This document shows positions 27,961 to 40,629 of a DNA stretch of 64,000 bases, piece after piece. The translations under genes and the position numbers were made by a program. The DNA lies in the NCBI RefSeq assembly GCF_009914755.1, contig NC_060925.1. One strand, 5' to 3'. Source of the DNA: the human T2T-CHM13v2.0 reference genome, Homo sapiens. The stretch's first letter is position 1. Every line of letters starts with the position of its first letter. Below the pieces are notes generated by a model. It saw nothing but the letters and a program-made list of their open reading frames with translations, did no database searches and was not told where the DNA came from.

Positions 27961-29384
27961 TTCATACACACATCTAAGCTTTGCTTACCTCCTTCATTCC
28001 TAGGATTATTTAGTTACTATGCCAATAAATTTCACTTTAGCTATCTAATACTCTACTTTTAGTTATTTTAGTAGGTATTACAAAGATTTTAAAACAGATG
28101 GAACGGCAACAATCTACCAAATAAGTACACCAAATAAACATCTAATTTAAGTTGAGTGATTTGGGCATAGAAAACGTTTTGCTTTGTATATAAAATACCA
28201 GTAAGCTCTTTTATTATATTTATTATATTCATTCTTTTTTTTCTGTAAAGTCAGTACTTAAATGAAACCAAGATATAAATTTCAAGGTTTTGTACTCGAA
28301 AGACTTCCTAAATATTCTTGCATCTATTGGAACATTTGTATATTTGACCTGAAATCATTCACAGCAATTTATTTTATTTTATGGACATTTCATTAAGTTT
28401 GAGTAGAACATTCTGGTCTTTGCTTAGCAGATTGCTCTCCCAAGCCCTTCTTTGCCAAAGTATTCACATTGATTAATTCTGTTTTGTAAATGACATGCTA
28501 AAGTTCTTTTGTGATTATATAACCTGGGTTCAGCTTAAGAAAGGTAAAAACTAGTTTATTAGTCTGTGTTTTAGAAATTTCCTTTACAGAAAATTGCTTC
28601 ATCTCTTCTCGACCTGCATTGAAAAGAAACTATATACCATGCCAGCTTTTACTGTTTAGAAAGTAAATATGTAATCGTGTAAAATTACAATGAAAAAGTT
28701 ACGAGTTTGTACCGGACAGAATGATCTTTTATAGAAATACTGTATTTTCTGGTATTGCCAATCTTCCTTCCTAGGTAAGAAAATAGTTTAGCTAATGAAA
28801 AATAAGCAATTCCATCTGCTTCAGATGAAATGGCTTAGGGGAATAATGCTGGAGAGAATGAAGCTTGCATGTGTTTGTGTATATAAGGAACAGGAGCTGA
28901 GGGAGACACTCTTAAGAATACTGATGACAATGCAATATATGGGGGTCACCATGTAATTTTGCTTGTTTAGTTGATGTTTTGAGACCCAACATAAAGTCCC
29001 ACTGCACATCTCCAGTAATAATAGGCGGAAAAATGGACACCTGGAAAGAATAAATTATAAGTACAAAAGGAGTCATGATTAATTTCTCCTTAGCTACACT
29101 CATGCTGATGAAGTTTTCATAGATTTTGAGACTCTTTTGCCTTGAAATAAGGGAATGGGTTTTGTTTCCATTTGTAAGTATCTTAAAAAAATGCTTTCTT
29201 CAATTGAACTATATTAATGGAAGAGTTAAAATTGAAATTGGCTGACATTATTTAAGTTAATCCAGAAACTACTCACAACTTCTATGTATGTATGCATCCA
29301 TATGTATGTCCGCACGTGCATCTACAACCACTCCTATGCCTATATGTATACTGTTGTATGTATGTATTTATGTACACATGTATC

Positions 29385-29798
29385 TGTATTAGGCTATTCT
29401 CACATCGCTATAAAGGAATACCTGAGACTGGGTACTTTATTAAAAAAAAGATGTTTAATTGGTTCACAGTTCAGAAAGCTTTACAGAAAACACCGTATCA
29501 ATGTCTACTTGGCTTCTGGGTAGGCTTCAGGAAACTTACCGTCATGGCAAAAAGCAAAGCGGAGGTGGGCAGGCACATCACATGGCAAAAGCAGGAGCAA
29601 GGAAGGGACATGGGGAGGTGTTACACACATTGAAATGACCAGATCTCAGGAGAACTCATTTTCATAATAATACCAAGAGGAACAGTGCTAAACATTCATG
29701 AGAAATCCATGATCCAGTCACCTCCCATCAGGCCCCACCTCCAACACTGGGGATTACATTTCAACATGAGACTTGGGTGAGAGATCCAAATCATATCA
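29385..29798 (-). mobile_element. MSTA/MSTB MaLR solo LTR
   Basis: TGTATTAGGC...CCAAATCATATCA; TSD gtatc/ttatc. Confidence 0.92.
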
Positions 29799-30694
29799 TT
29801 ATCTATCTCTCTGCTTATATATCTATCTAGCATCGTATTTTTTTTTTGTATTGGGAAACGCAGTGTAAAATTTTTCAACTTTTCATTACTGTAATTAAAC
29901 TAAGACTTTAGTTGCTCCGAAAGAGACTGAAAAACATGCATATACAAACAAATAAAATTTAAGCAGAGTGGAACTCATAATGCTTGGTTAGTCTGCTGAA
30001 ATCATCAAATATCTCTTATATGACAATAGTGTGTTTTAATACTTTAGTGTTTTGATTATTTAATGTATTGCATGGGTCAACTAATCTACCAAAATGGCAG
30101 CTTACTGAGCTTGAGGAAGAAATATATCATCCTTCTGTTGATCCTTTGTCCCCTAGACAAATTGTCTTCTATTATGGTTTTGAGTACATCAAAGAGTGTT
30201 TTAAATATTATTCTTGGGATAAAATAAAGAAACAAAGCACTGGGTACAACATTGATCTTTCAGTATTCTCCAGCCTTTTTGGTCCTGGAATAAGACCATG
30301 TGGAAATGCAAGCCCAGTTTAATGCCTATGTGACATAGTTGAATTTCTACTGGGCTCTAACTTTGCTTATCTTTAAAAAACAGGAAGGCATGCAGACAGA
30401 ACTTCCTCCTCAGGAGAACCAGGTAAAAACTGGTTAGAACCAAGATGGTTGACTGAATGGCATCAAATTGACCTCAGATTTCATTATGTCCTAAATTTCA
30501 TGCTAAATGACACTTCCTTTAATATCATCACAATTGATAATCACCATGATAAGGACTGGAGGAAACCATAAATGGGCAAAAGGAAGGCAGTACTCTGGTT
30601 CTGAGAAGTTTGCTGCCCATTCCCAGAAAGGACATGAATATTTCCCTTGTTTTTAATGCACAACCCTTTCATTAGAAGAAAAAAAAAAACTATG

Positions 30695-32360
30695 TTTTTT
30701 TTAACAGGCAATGACTAATGTGGAAATTCTGTTCTTACAATAAATAAAATGGAAGGGTAAAGAGAAGTGGAACAGTACCCTTTGGAGGAGGACAAAAACC
30801 AACTCCTGGATGCTATATGCTTTGGATTCTCAGCAGCCATTCCTATTTCCCCAGGGTGAGGGAACCTAAGGCAGGCAGTAAGTGGTGCACACAGCCCCCT
30901 CACCCTCAGGATGTCTATAGCCCTGAGGAGGGAATAAGAGTTTGAGTTCTCAGGAATGACCACCTGAGGCCAAGGAATCCTTTGTGAGGGCAAAACCAGC
31001 TGGTGACAGGCTCCAGTGGGCTTCAAGACAGATCAAGTGTTTGCAGATGTAATTTCTGAGCTGTACTTTTACCTCTGGTCCCACACACCGGCCAAATACA
31101 AGTCTCTGCACCTGGGACATTTTCCAGAAGCCTCTTTATTTGAGGACTTCTACTCTCAGTCCCCTTCATCTTTGGCTTCCCCAGATAATCTCTTCCTGAA
31201 GACTCTACTGCTGACTCCTAATTCTTCTGAAGCTACCACATCTAGGTTGGTGATGGGCTCTAAACTTCCTTCCTCTTTTATGGAATCATAAATGGGCTTG
31301 GAGCCAGACCCCACCCCACCCCAGCCCCAGAAATCTCCCTCTCCAAGCTTGCATCTTCATGGAGATGGATAAGGGCATGACCAGGTTGCCAGGACTGCCC
31401 AGCTTGGGCAGGCCCTGGGTTCTGCATGCTTCCAGTGGGTTTTGCAAATTTCCTCGAACCAGAAGCCAGAGTCACTTGGGCCATTGGGCTCAGGGCCAGG
31501 TAGAGCCTAAGTGCCCTTACCAAGTGCCTGAGTTGGCACTAAATGGCACACGGTGGCCTAGAGGGGTCTCATAGGGAGACAGAGCTGCCTCACATCCACC
31601 AACACAGTTTCTTGGAATGTTGAAATTTGGGTTTTCCCATGCACATTCAAAAAGGCTCTACAAGTTCCTCCTGTTGCTCAAAAGACACTGCTCCCTCCTC
31701 CCAGGTCCTGCTGAAGCTGCATCTTTGTCTGGGGTAAATACCCAAGGTTCGTCGTCTCATGTCAAGGAAACCGAGTACATGGACACACAAGAAGTGGGTT
31801 TAGGAACAGATGTTTGATAGGCAAAAGAAAGAGAAAGGAGAATAGCTCTCTCTCTTTTGAGGGAGAGGGGTGCCCAAGTGGGACTTCTGGGTTCCGGGGG
31901 AATGCATCAGGTTTCATAGACTGGCTTGAGGAAGCGGCATCTAATTTACATAGCACCCAAACATTGGTTGGACCAGGTGTGATGTTTATATAGCATGCAA
32001 AGAAGTTGGTCATCCCACCCTAATCTTATTATTATGCAAATGGGTTTTCTACTTGGACGGTAACCATGTCCTGTGCTCCTTACTGTACACGTGGTTGGCA
32101 AGGAAAAGAGAAAATGGAGCCGCCATGTTGAACATGCCTTGCCCCAGGTAGCCTTTTCCTATTGACTCAGCTGCGATCATTCACCCGTGCAAGCTTCTAG
32201 CTTGCCTTTATATGTCTGCAGTTCGATATAGGCTGCTCTTTGTTAGAAAAGAAAATGATTTGGGGGCTGTTTTTCATTGAAAGGAAAACCTTACTGAGGA
32301 CTTCCTTACCCTGACTATCTGCCTAAATAATTTCTTTTAAACTCCCATATCACTACAAGT
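30695..32360 (-). pseudogene. Probable L1-mediated retrocopy or transduction of a non-coding or 3' UTR-like RNA (unique part 30703-31711), interrupted by LTR9
   Basis: T8 tract at left edge, GC-richer sequence I cannot assign to a repeat, diverged TSD-like flanks aaaaactatgttt / aaaaatcttatattt, host LTR resumes afterwards. Confidence 0.6.
31712..32352 (-). mobile_element. LTR9-family solo LTR (ERV1)
   Basis: Reverse strand starts TGATATGGGAGTTTAAAAGAAATTATTTAGGCAGATAG and ends CCCCAGACAAAGATGCAGCTTCA; 4-bp TSD ctgc/ctac. Confidence 0.88.
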
Positions 32361-32563
32361 AAAAATCTTATATTTGAACCGCCTCACCTCTCACAGAACA
32401 AAAAGTTGGTTTGCGAACCACACTTCTACTGCTCCATCCTCTGGTCATTGAATAAAGCCGCAGTTCTTGCCCCTCATTTTCAGTTTTCTGTGTTGGCTTC
32501 ATGATACTGGACTGAAAAGAATCCCATCTTTGGGGAGAAAAACGACTCAGTCAGTAACATAAC

Positions 32564-32581
32564 TGGCACCCTAGATGGGAC
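32564..32581 (+). promoter_or_regulatory. Retroviral primer-binding site, tRNA-Arg(CCU)-like
   Basis: TGGCACCCTAGATGGGAC, 4 nt after the LTR end; one mismatch to the complement of a recalled tRNA-Arg-CCT 3' end (...GTCCCATCTGGGGTGCCA). Confidence 0.75.
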
Positions 32582-35008
32582 TCTGCACTACATAGTCCAC
32601 CTCCTTGTGTGGAAAGCCTCCTTACCTCTGTGGAGACTTGGCAGCTGGCATTTGACAGCATTAGCAAGCAAAGGACGCACATTCCTTTTTATTCTCAGTG
32701 TCAGCGATCAACTTTGTGAAAGGTAATCTCTTGTTCTTGTCAGAGCATAAGTACGCAGGCAAAGGATTGTGCTGGAAAGGACCCCTTGTGCTACGGATGG
32801 TGGGGACGCTTGCCAAAAATGACGATTGTGATGAGGATGCTTGGAAGGATCACAGTCTCTTCCTCAGTAAAGGACACCTACCTACAAGAGTGCTTGAAAG
32901 TGTGAGAGAGGGGACCAGCAGTTCTGTCCTGAGTAGAGCATCCATTGGAAGTCTTTGAAAGAGGGAGAAAGGAACCAAATGACTTACAGTCTGGACTGCA
33001 GGATCAGGAGACTCCCTACTGATAAATGTGTGCATGTGTCCTTCCCTGTTTACTCCTCATAGTGTTTGCCTTCTTATGCCAGTAAAAAACTCCTCTGTGC
33101 CAATTTTCTTGCACCAGAGGAGCTTGAGTTTCTCTCTTCTCAAAAATAACCCCTCCTGCTTCTACCTCTGCTCCCTGCCAAAGATCAAAATGGCCTTGGC
33201 TGCTCTTCCAAGAAGATGATAATCCAGAGGCTGTGGGGATTAAGGAACCGCTTTTGTTTTGGGGGATTGGATGAAATCTCCATCATGAAGTTAAGGCATG
33301 TAGAGGAGACTGTCAGAGACAGGGTTCCAGGGACTCCTGGCTGGCTTTCAGGAAGGCATTGGGACATCTGGGTGTGACAATCAGTATTGGTTTTATGCAC
33401 AGTAAGGACAATGCACAGTTCAAATGGTTAATTTGCTACTATAGAATTAAGTAGAGTTGTCTAAAGCTCTCTATTTTCCTCTCTTTTCTTCTCTGCCTGG
33501 TTTGAATCTGTTGTTACTAAGCTGCTGGTGCTGAGGTAAGACTGATTAGAATTATTATTTATGGTTTACCTGAAATGTAAACATTGGAAACCTGTTTGAA
33601 ACTGAAGAAAAAGTAAAGAAACACTTTTAAAAATTGAACTACCATACTGACTGCTGTACCCAAACTTTGGTGAAAAGCCTTCCTTGGATTACCTGTTGGG
33701 GCAAACAAAGTTTAACCATGCGAATAGGTTCCAGTTTTGTCAGAAAAATAATTTAGATCTACATATATTTTATAAAATGGTGAGTTTTATTGCTATATCA
33801 TGTCTAAAATCAAAGATCAAAGTTACTGGATTATAGTTTGTGTGTGTATACATGTTTAGATGTATTTATGTGCATGTATATGCATCATGCTATGTTGTGT
33901 CTAGCATGCTACCAAATTGGAGTATAAGTAAATGAGCACTCATAAGTTAAGCTCAAATGCTTTTCAAATTCATGTGAATTTAGTAACCTTTGGTAAATAA
34001 AATAGCTTTACAGTTTTTGGTAAAATAAAACTAAAAATGTCTTCATAATTGTTAGCATACTTTTTTCTGGGCTTACTGATTATTTTATATTTGCCTTTGC
34101 TGGATATTTTAAGGTGTGAGGATTTGGCATGAAGATTATAAGATTCTAAACCAAGCCAAAAACAAAATAATCTTTAGGCTTTTTTTTTTTTTTGACAAAT
34201 AAGACTAGTAATATTGCTGGTTCAATAAAAAACAACTTAGTCTTCTGGGTTAGTGGTAAAGATACCTAACTATTTAACTTTAAGGTCTTACTTAGGTTAA
34301 CACTTGAGGTTCACAGGCTATAAGGAATAGTAAATAGAAAAATAACTTGAAATGATGACTAGCTTTGTGTAATATTTCAGTTTTCAGAAGTCATGTAGAT
34401 AAACTGTTAAAAATAGAAGAATTGTATAAAGATAAATGGGAAAAATTCTTGTAGGTAATTTTCTGTGTAATTTAAAATCTTAAAATTATTTTGAATTAAT
34501 TAATAGATCCTAGTTAGATTTCCAACTAAAAAGCAAATGTGGTATGGAAAACCATGTTTCTAAAAACTATAGAAGGATTTCATCTATAAAATGCTAATAT
34601 GCAATAAATGGTTCAAGAATTTTTACTTCTGAGGTTTTCACTAAAATTTAAGGTTACTAAGAATAATAGTTCTAGTGAATATATAATTCAGTAAGTTATG
34701 TTTTAATTAAAAAATTATATGTAGTTTGCAGGTTATTTTAAAGTTATTTATAAAACAATGTAGAATAAACACTAAGTAGGAGAGAGAGAGAGAGAGACAA
34801 AGTTATGGATATAAAGATATACTTTGGGCAAGAAAAGTTATGAAGAAAAGAGACTAATTTTGCATGAGAAAGGATCTCATATGATAAACTGTTGTTCTGA
34901 ACCCAAATGACTAGTATTAAGAAAATAGGTAGTATAAGACCAGTTAAAAAGTTCAAATATGTTGTAAATAGTCTGTGTAAATTGTGATAAGTTTCAAGAT
35001 AAATTTTG

Positions 35009-35318
35009 AGCCAGGCATGGTGGCTTATGCCTATAATCCCAGCACTTTGGGGGTCTGAGGTGGGTGGATCTCTTGAGGCCAGGAGTGTGAGACCAGCCTT
35101 GCCAGCACTGTGAAACCCCATCGCTACCAAAAAATACAAAAATTAGTTGGGTGTGGTGGCATGCTCCTGTAGACCCAGCTGCTCAGGAGGCTGCGGCAGA
35201 AGAATTGCTTGAACCTGGGAGGTGGAAGTTGCAGTGAATCGAGATCATGCCACTACATTGCAGCCTGGGTGACAGAGTGAGATCCTATTTCAAAAAAAAA
35301 AAAAAAAGAAAAAAAGAA
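35009..35318 (+). mobile_element. AluS inserted in ERV internal region
   Basis: Full dimer, A tail, TSD about aaattttg. Confidence 0.95.
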
Positions 35319-35629
35319 ATTTTGTACGTAATCAGGTTGGCCATACTTGAAAGAAAATTATTTATAATAGTCTTTCTAAATTTTGTTCCTCTATGTTAGA
35401 ACAAGGTTTACATCAGATATTGATTTGCTCTTAACAAAATTATAAGAGGATTTCACCAATTTTTAAATTCTATAACCTTTTACATACAACTCCCTTATCT
35501 CCAATAGCCTCTGCCATCAACACACTCTCTCCTTGCCAATCACTCTCAGACTCCTCAGAGGAAATCAGTATGGACAATACCTAGGGCACAATATCTTACC
35601 AGCCTTCCTCTATGATGCTCCACCAGTAG

Positions 35630-36200
35630 GTTCCCAATGGGGAAAGAGGAATGGTTACTGTACATGTTCCCTCTGCAACTTCAGATCTTTATAACTGGAA
35701 ACCTCATTCTAAAGAACAGAAAGAGAACCTGAGGAGTTTCAAAACCTCATTCAGACCCAAGACCCCCATGGGGAAGACATTCATTTCCATTTGAATATTT
35801 GAACATTCTCCTCCCTAGAACAGAAAGAAATCTCTGTTATGAGAAGGAATAGGGAAGAAGCAAACCAAGCCCATAGGTACAAGGGAAACAATCCTGCTAA
35901 GAGTGCAGGGAATGAGGCTGTGACAGACCTTGACTTCCTTTGGGACTCTAACATAGGGATGGGGAAGGCAAGACTCAGGCACTATCAACCGCTATTGTTA
36001 AAGAGAATAGAGGCCACAGGGAAAAGACCCGCTAACTGGCATAAACTAAAAGAGACTAATTGAGGACCCCAGGAAAGACCATCTATTTTCCTAGAAAGAT
36101 TGAGGAAAAATATGAGGATATATACTCCTCTTAATCCTGATTCAGAAGACGAAGAGGCAATTCTAAAATCTGACTTTGTCTTTCAGAGCATATCAGATAA
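35630..36200 (+). pseudogene. gag: Degenerate gammaretrovirus-like Gag capsid (p30)
   Basis: Translates VHVPSATSDLYNWK ... WDSN ... RLRHYQPLLL ... *GPQERPSIFLERLRKNMRIYTPLNPDS..FVFQSISD, matching the MLV-type SDLYNWK motif and major homology region; has stops and frameshifts. Confidence 0.88.
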
Positions 36201-36689
36201 CCCTGGATTTCTTCAGAATCATTCACTCTCCACCTCTTATTATTCTGGCTTATTCTAGACTCAATTTTCCATCTGCAGAATTAACACAAAACAATGCCTC
36301 TTCCCTCCTCTAGAAAACTCACCTGAAGTAAATCTCAAACAATACTGAAATCCTTTCTGGAAACTGTTTAAGAGGCAAGATTTTATAAACAAAGGTTGAT
36401 TTAAAGAAAATATAATTTTACAAATGTAAGCTAAAGCCTATCAAGATGAAAACCAAGCTCAGAGAAAGAGTCATTTTATAAGTTTACAATTGATAAAATT
36501 ATCAGAAAAAAATTGAGGGGAGAAACTCAGACCTGAAATTATAATATGGTAGTAATCTGCAACTGCTTTGTCCTGGAGAAGATACAATGAAAACAAGAAG
36601 ATTATTGACTTCTTAATGAGAAGGTTTAAATTCAAGTTTATGATTCCATATGAAGGAAATACACATGTTCTTTAAAACAGAGAGCTTTA

Positions 36690-37200
36690 TATCTTCCCTG
36701 TTCCCTACCCACCAGCCAACAAGGAACCATCCATATGGATCTGTTATTGTTCTTTCTACTCCAAGAAGCAAATCTCCAGGAACTTCATCATACAGGATGT
36801 CCTGGCTTCTGGCTTTCAGTTTTCTTTGACTGATGTGAGGCACTGGCAATAGATGTGGATGTAGGAGATAGAAGTATGGCTTTGCATTTACCCTTCTTCC
36901 TTGATTGGTTGTGGGTCTGGCACGGCCTGTGTTCTACAGTCAAAACTCCTCTTGGGTAGTTCCTTGTCTACATTTTCAGCCTTCACTGGGTGCAGGTAGC
37001 AGCTAACTTGGGGCCCTCTACTTTCTCCTTTGGAACTGCGGTGATAACTGCTTTGCACTGTTGCTCATCCTCAGGTGCCTTTCCATCTTTCTTCATCAAC
37101 CTTGCCTACATCTCTGAAAATAAGCATTTCTTTATAATGTTTTCAGTTAAACCCTTCGGAGCATACTTTCTGATTTTTTTCTGGGAACTGAGCTGAAACA
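36690..37200 (+). mobile_element. Old ERVL LTR (LTR33/LTR41/LTR16-like)
   Basis: ggcttctggctttcagtt...cactggca and 3' end taaacccttc...gggaactgagctgaaaca. Confidence 0.6.
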
Positions 37201-38335
37201 GCCATCAAGTGTCAGAGCCTGAATTCAAACCCAAGTTGTGTGGCTAGAGAGCTTGTTCTCTTAAGGATAGCTATGTAAGCACAGGAGATGCCATTTTACT
37301 TTAACTTGAGGCCCAATAGACTCAGTCTCTAATGTGTGTGTTTGAATTTTTTTCTTCTCTTTAGTGTGTTTATCACTTGATTTCTCAGAGAACACTTTCT
37401 GCTTACAATATTTCTTAATGTAAGTGCCACTTGATGCTGCAATTCTCTATCTTTTGATCTCACCCATCTTACCCAAGAACTCTGGATATATGTTATCACC
37501 AGAGCCAGCTTACTCGGTGATGGGAGTGTCATTTAAAATCTTTTGATTGTAAGAATACATTTTCTTCCTGGAGTGTAAATAAGAATGGATTTCCCATTGT
37601 ACACTGGATAATGTGCTTTCATATCCCCTGGAAGCAGCAATTCCCAGTTTTTAACCAACAGGCTACAGGATCAGGAGAAGCCTTTACAGTCAGCTTTAAA
37701 CAACGTTTGTTCTTGATCTAACAGGTATATTTTTAGCTCTCTGCTCATAACTCAGGAAGAGGAGTTAAATTTCTGCTTTAAAATTGCTGGTAGTAAATTT
37801 AAACACACTAAACTTTCCATGACACCTCTTATTTTTATGTCACCATTATCTTTATAGCCTGGCCTTTGAAGGGACTGATAACTCTAAGAGACTTTGCCCT
37901 CTTTTGCCAGAGCATGTGCTTAAAGAGATATGAGGTGAGGTGTTTTAAAATAAAAATATAAACTCTATTACAATGTGTATAGATATTTATAGTATAAACT
38001 ATACTATAACTTAAAATTGTTAAATTCATATTTTATAAACATACACATATGTATAAACAGGACTCTCTTCAAAATTGGGAAAATAATCAGCCAATATAAT
38101 AAGGTTAAAAGATACACTTAGTATTTTGAAACTACTGTAAATGGGTTAAGTTTGAAGTTTGGGTGCTAGAGAATGTTGTTACTTCTATGAGACTGTGAAT
38201 GCATGGATCATGTCTTAATGCTGACACCTACTACTGCCACACAATTTAGATAATAATAGCAAAAAGAAGATAACTTGCAAATTCATTATGCCTGCTCAAA
38301 TATTCTTGTCAGCTTTAGGTTTCAAGACTAATGAT

Positions 38336-38644
<309 letters not shown>

Positions 38645-39435
38645 CTAAGGATGGCCTTTTACTCTGTCCTCAGTGCTGCCCCAGACTATTCATGTTTCCC
38701 TGCATTTTATAGATTGCCAACGTTGAGAGGGACGGTATGGCCTTGAGGAGGCCATACAACATAGCATTATAATTTTTCTTTTAGAACAAGTAATATCACT
38801 CAATTATAAATGCCACCTAATCAAAACATAAGCTCTGACAATTCAGATTCTAACCTCTCCACCACTGGTGTAGATTTACTGAGTGGAAGGGAATATGCTA
38901 ACAAAGAGTTAGCTCCAGGTCTCCAAACAGAGAGAAACTGTTCTCCTCTTAATACATTCATTTCGACTAGTTAACAACATAAAGAGCTGAATGTTCCACC
39001 ACAAAACTTGGGTTGTGTTATGGAACTTCAATAGAAATGTTTCAGGAAGCATTTCTCTAGGGGGGGAAAAAAAGCAGTCTGGTTATTGTAGGGATAGATT
39101 AAGAAACATGTAGTTTGTTATTTTATGTTTTTTGTAGTTTCTATGTAAAATTTGTTTTCTTGATAATAAATTTGGAAAGCATCATGAATTATATAAATAT
39201 ATTACATAATATTACTGTCTGAAATTTGAAAATCAAAATCACTTCTAATTTTTATTTTAAAGCTAGACTTATATTAATCATAGCAACTATTTGTGTTTGC
39301 ACAATAATCCTTAACTATTATTGAATTGTGAGATGTATTTATAAGTTATGCCATTAAGCTGAATCTAAGCTGAAAGTTTTTTTCTGACACAGAGCAAGTA
39401 GTATGATAATATGTTTAAAATTGTGACTTGAGAAG

Positions 39436-39437
<2 letters not shown>

Positions 39438-39475
<38 letters not shown>
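39438..39475. repeat. (GT)n microsatellite
   Basis: Perfect GT run. Confidence 0.98.
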
Positions 39476-39477
<2 letters not shown>

Positions 39478-40629
39478 TGGGGGGAGAGAGAGAAGAGAGA
39501 TAATTTTTACTAAAAAAATGATAAAAAATAATGTCAGATAGTAGAACAAACATGATTTGACAATGATATCAGAAGCTACAAGGGATATCAATAAAGAAAA
39601 AGAGAATGTCCATGATGAAGACACTATGAGTTGCCACTCTCCCCACTATTTCAATTTAGCACTTTTGAATAAAACTCATCTCCTTACCTGAGATTCATAA
39701 GAAATATTTTACCCAAACAAAAATGATATTTAATGGAAAATGTTTATGAGCAGCATTAAAATGCAAACTATTTATAATATCAGAGATTATATTAAAATAA
39801 TTACAGTTATCAACCTTTATTATTTTAAGTAATTATGGATATGGTTTTTATTTTATATATATAATATTCAGTGTATTATTGTAATTTTAAAGACAGTCTG
39901 TTTACGTAATTACAAACTAGCATGCTATGCCAAATACTGTGAAATTAATTACTGAATGAAATATTTATAAACATCCCCAAATTATTAGTATATTTCAATA
40001 ATTTATACTTCATGAAATTTTCCATATATTCCTTTGTACTTACCATAACAACTTTGTTAGCTATTCAAAACAGAAAGACAGTCTTTAGAAGGTTCATTGA
40101 GTTGTCCAATGTCTCACAGCTTGAGGAAGATTTGGCTAATATCCCAACCTCTGTCACCTACTTTAATGGCACATGATATTGCATCACACCATATGACAAA
40201 ACATATATATTTGGTGATAGTATCACTAAGCACACATCATTTAGGACACAAGAAAAGTGATGGTGCTTAATGATGCAATGCAAATTCAACAAATCCACAT
40301 GAAACAATAGCATAATTTCAGCCATCATTTTATTATCAGTATTTATTCATTCAGAAAATACTTATGAAGGAACTTACTACATGTTGGCCCCATTGCAGGT
40401 GTTAGAAATGCCATAAAACAAATCAAATACACAAGTATCTGCCTTATAGAATGCATATTTTATTGGAAGAAAAAGGCACCAGAGGAAACATAAGTCAATG
40501 TATTATACTGGATAGTTGTACGTGATAAGAATAAATCATAACAAAGCAGGGAACAGGAAGCTTAAATATAACAGAGTGACCAGGACCTTACTAAAAGGTT
40601 TGAGTGAACACTCGAAGGGATAACACCTG

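Larger units (their letters stand above)
30329..32559 (+). mobile_element. ERV1 5' LTR (MER41/MER92-like), split into 30329-~30695 and ~32361-32559 by an insertion
   Basis: TG start, MER41-like motifs (aaccaagatgg, catgctaaatgacac, catgaata), AATAAA near 32451, ends GTAACA just before a PBS. Confidence 0.75.
32560..36200 (+). mobile_element. ERV1 internal region (MER4-group-like AT-rich leader plus gag), 3'-truncated
   Basis: Follows the PBS; AT-rich MER4-int-like stretch; gag remnant at its end; no pol, env or 3' LTR recognised. Confidence 0.75.

Noticed and set aside
30715-31574. ORFs of 71-103 aa within the orphan insert
   Set aside because: They occur on both strands in GC-richer DNA with no recognisable domain, consistent with chance.
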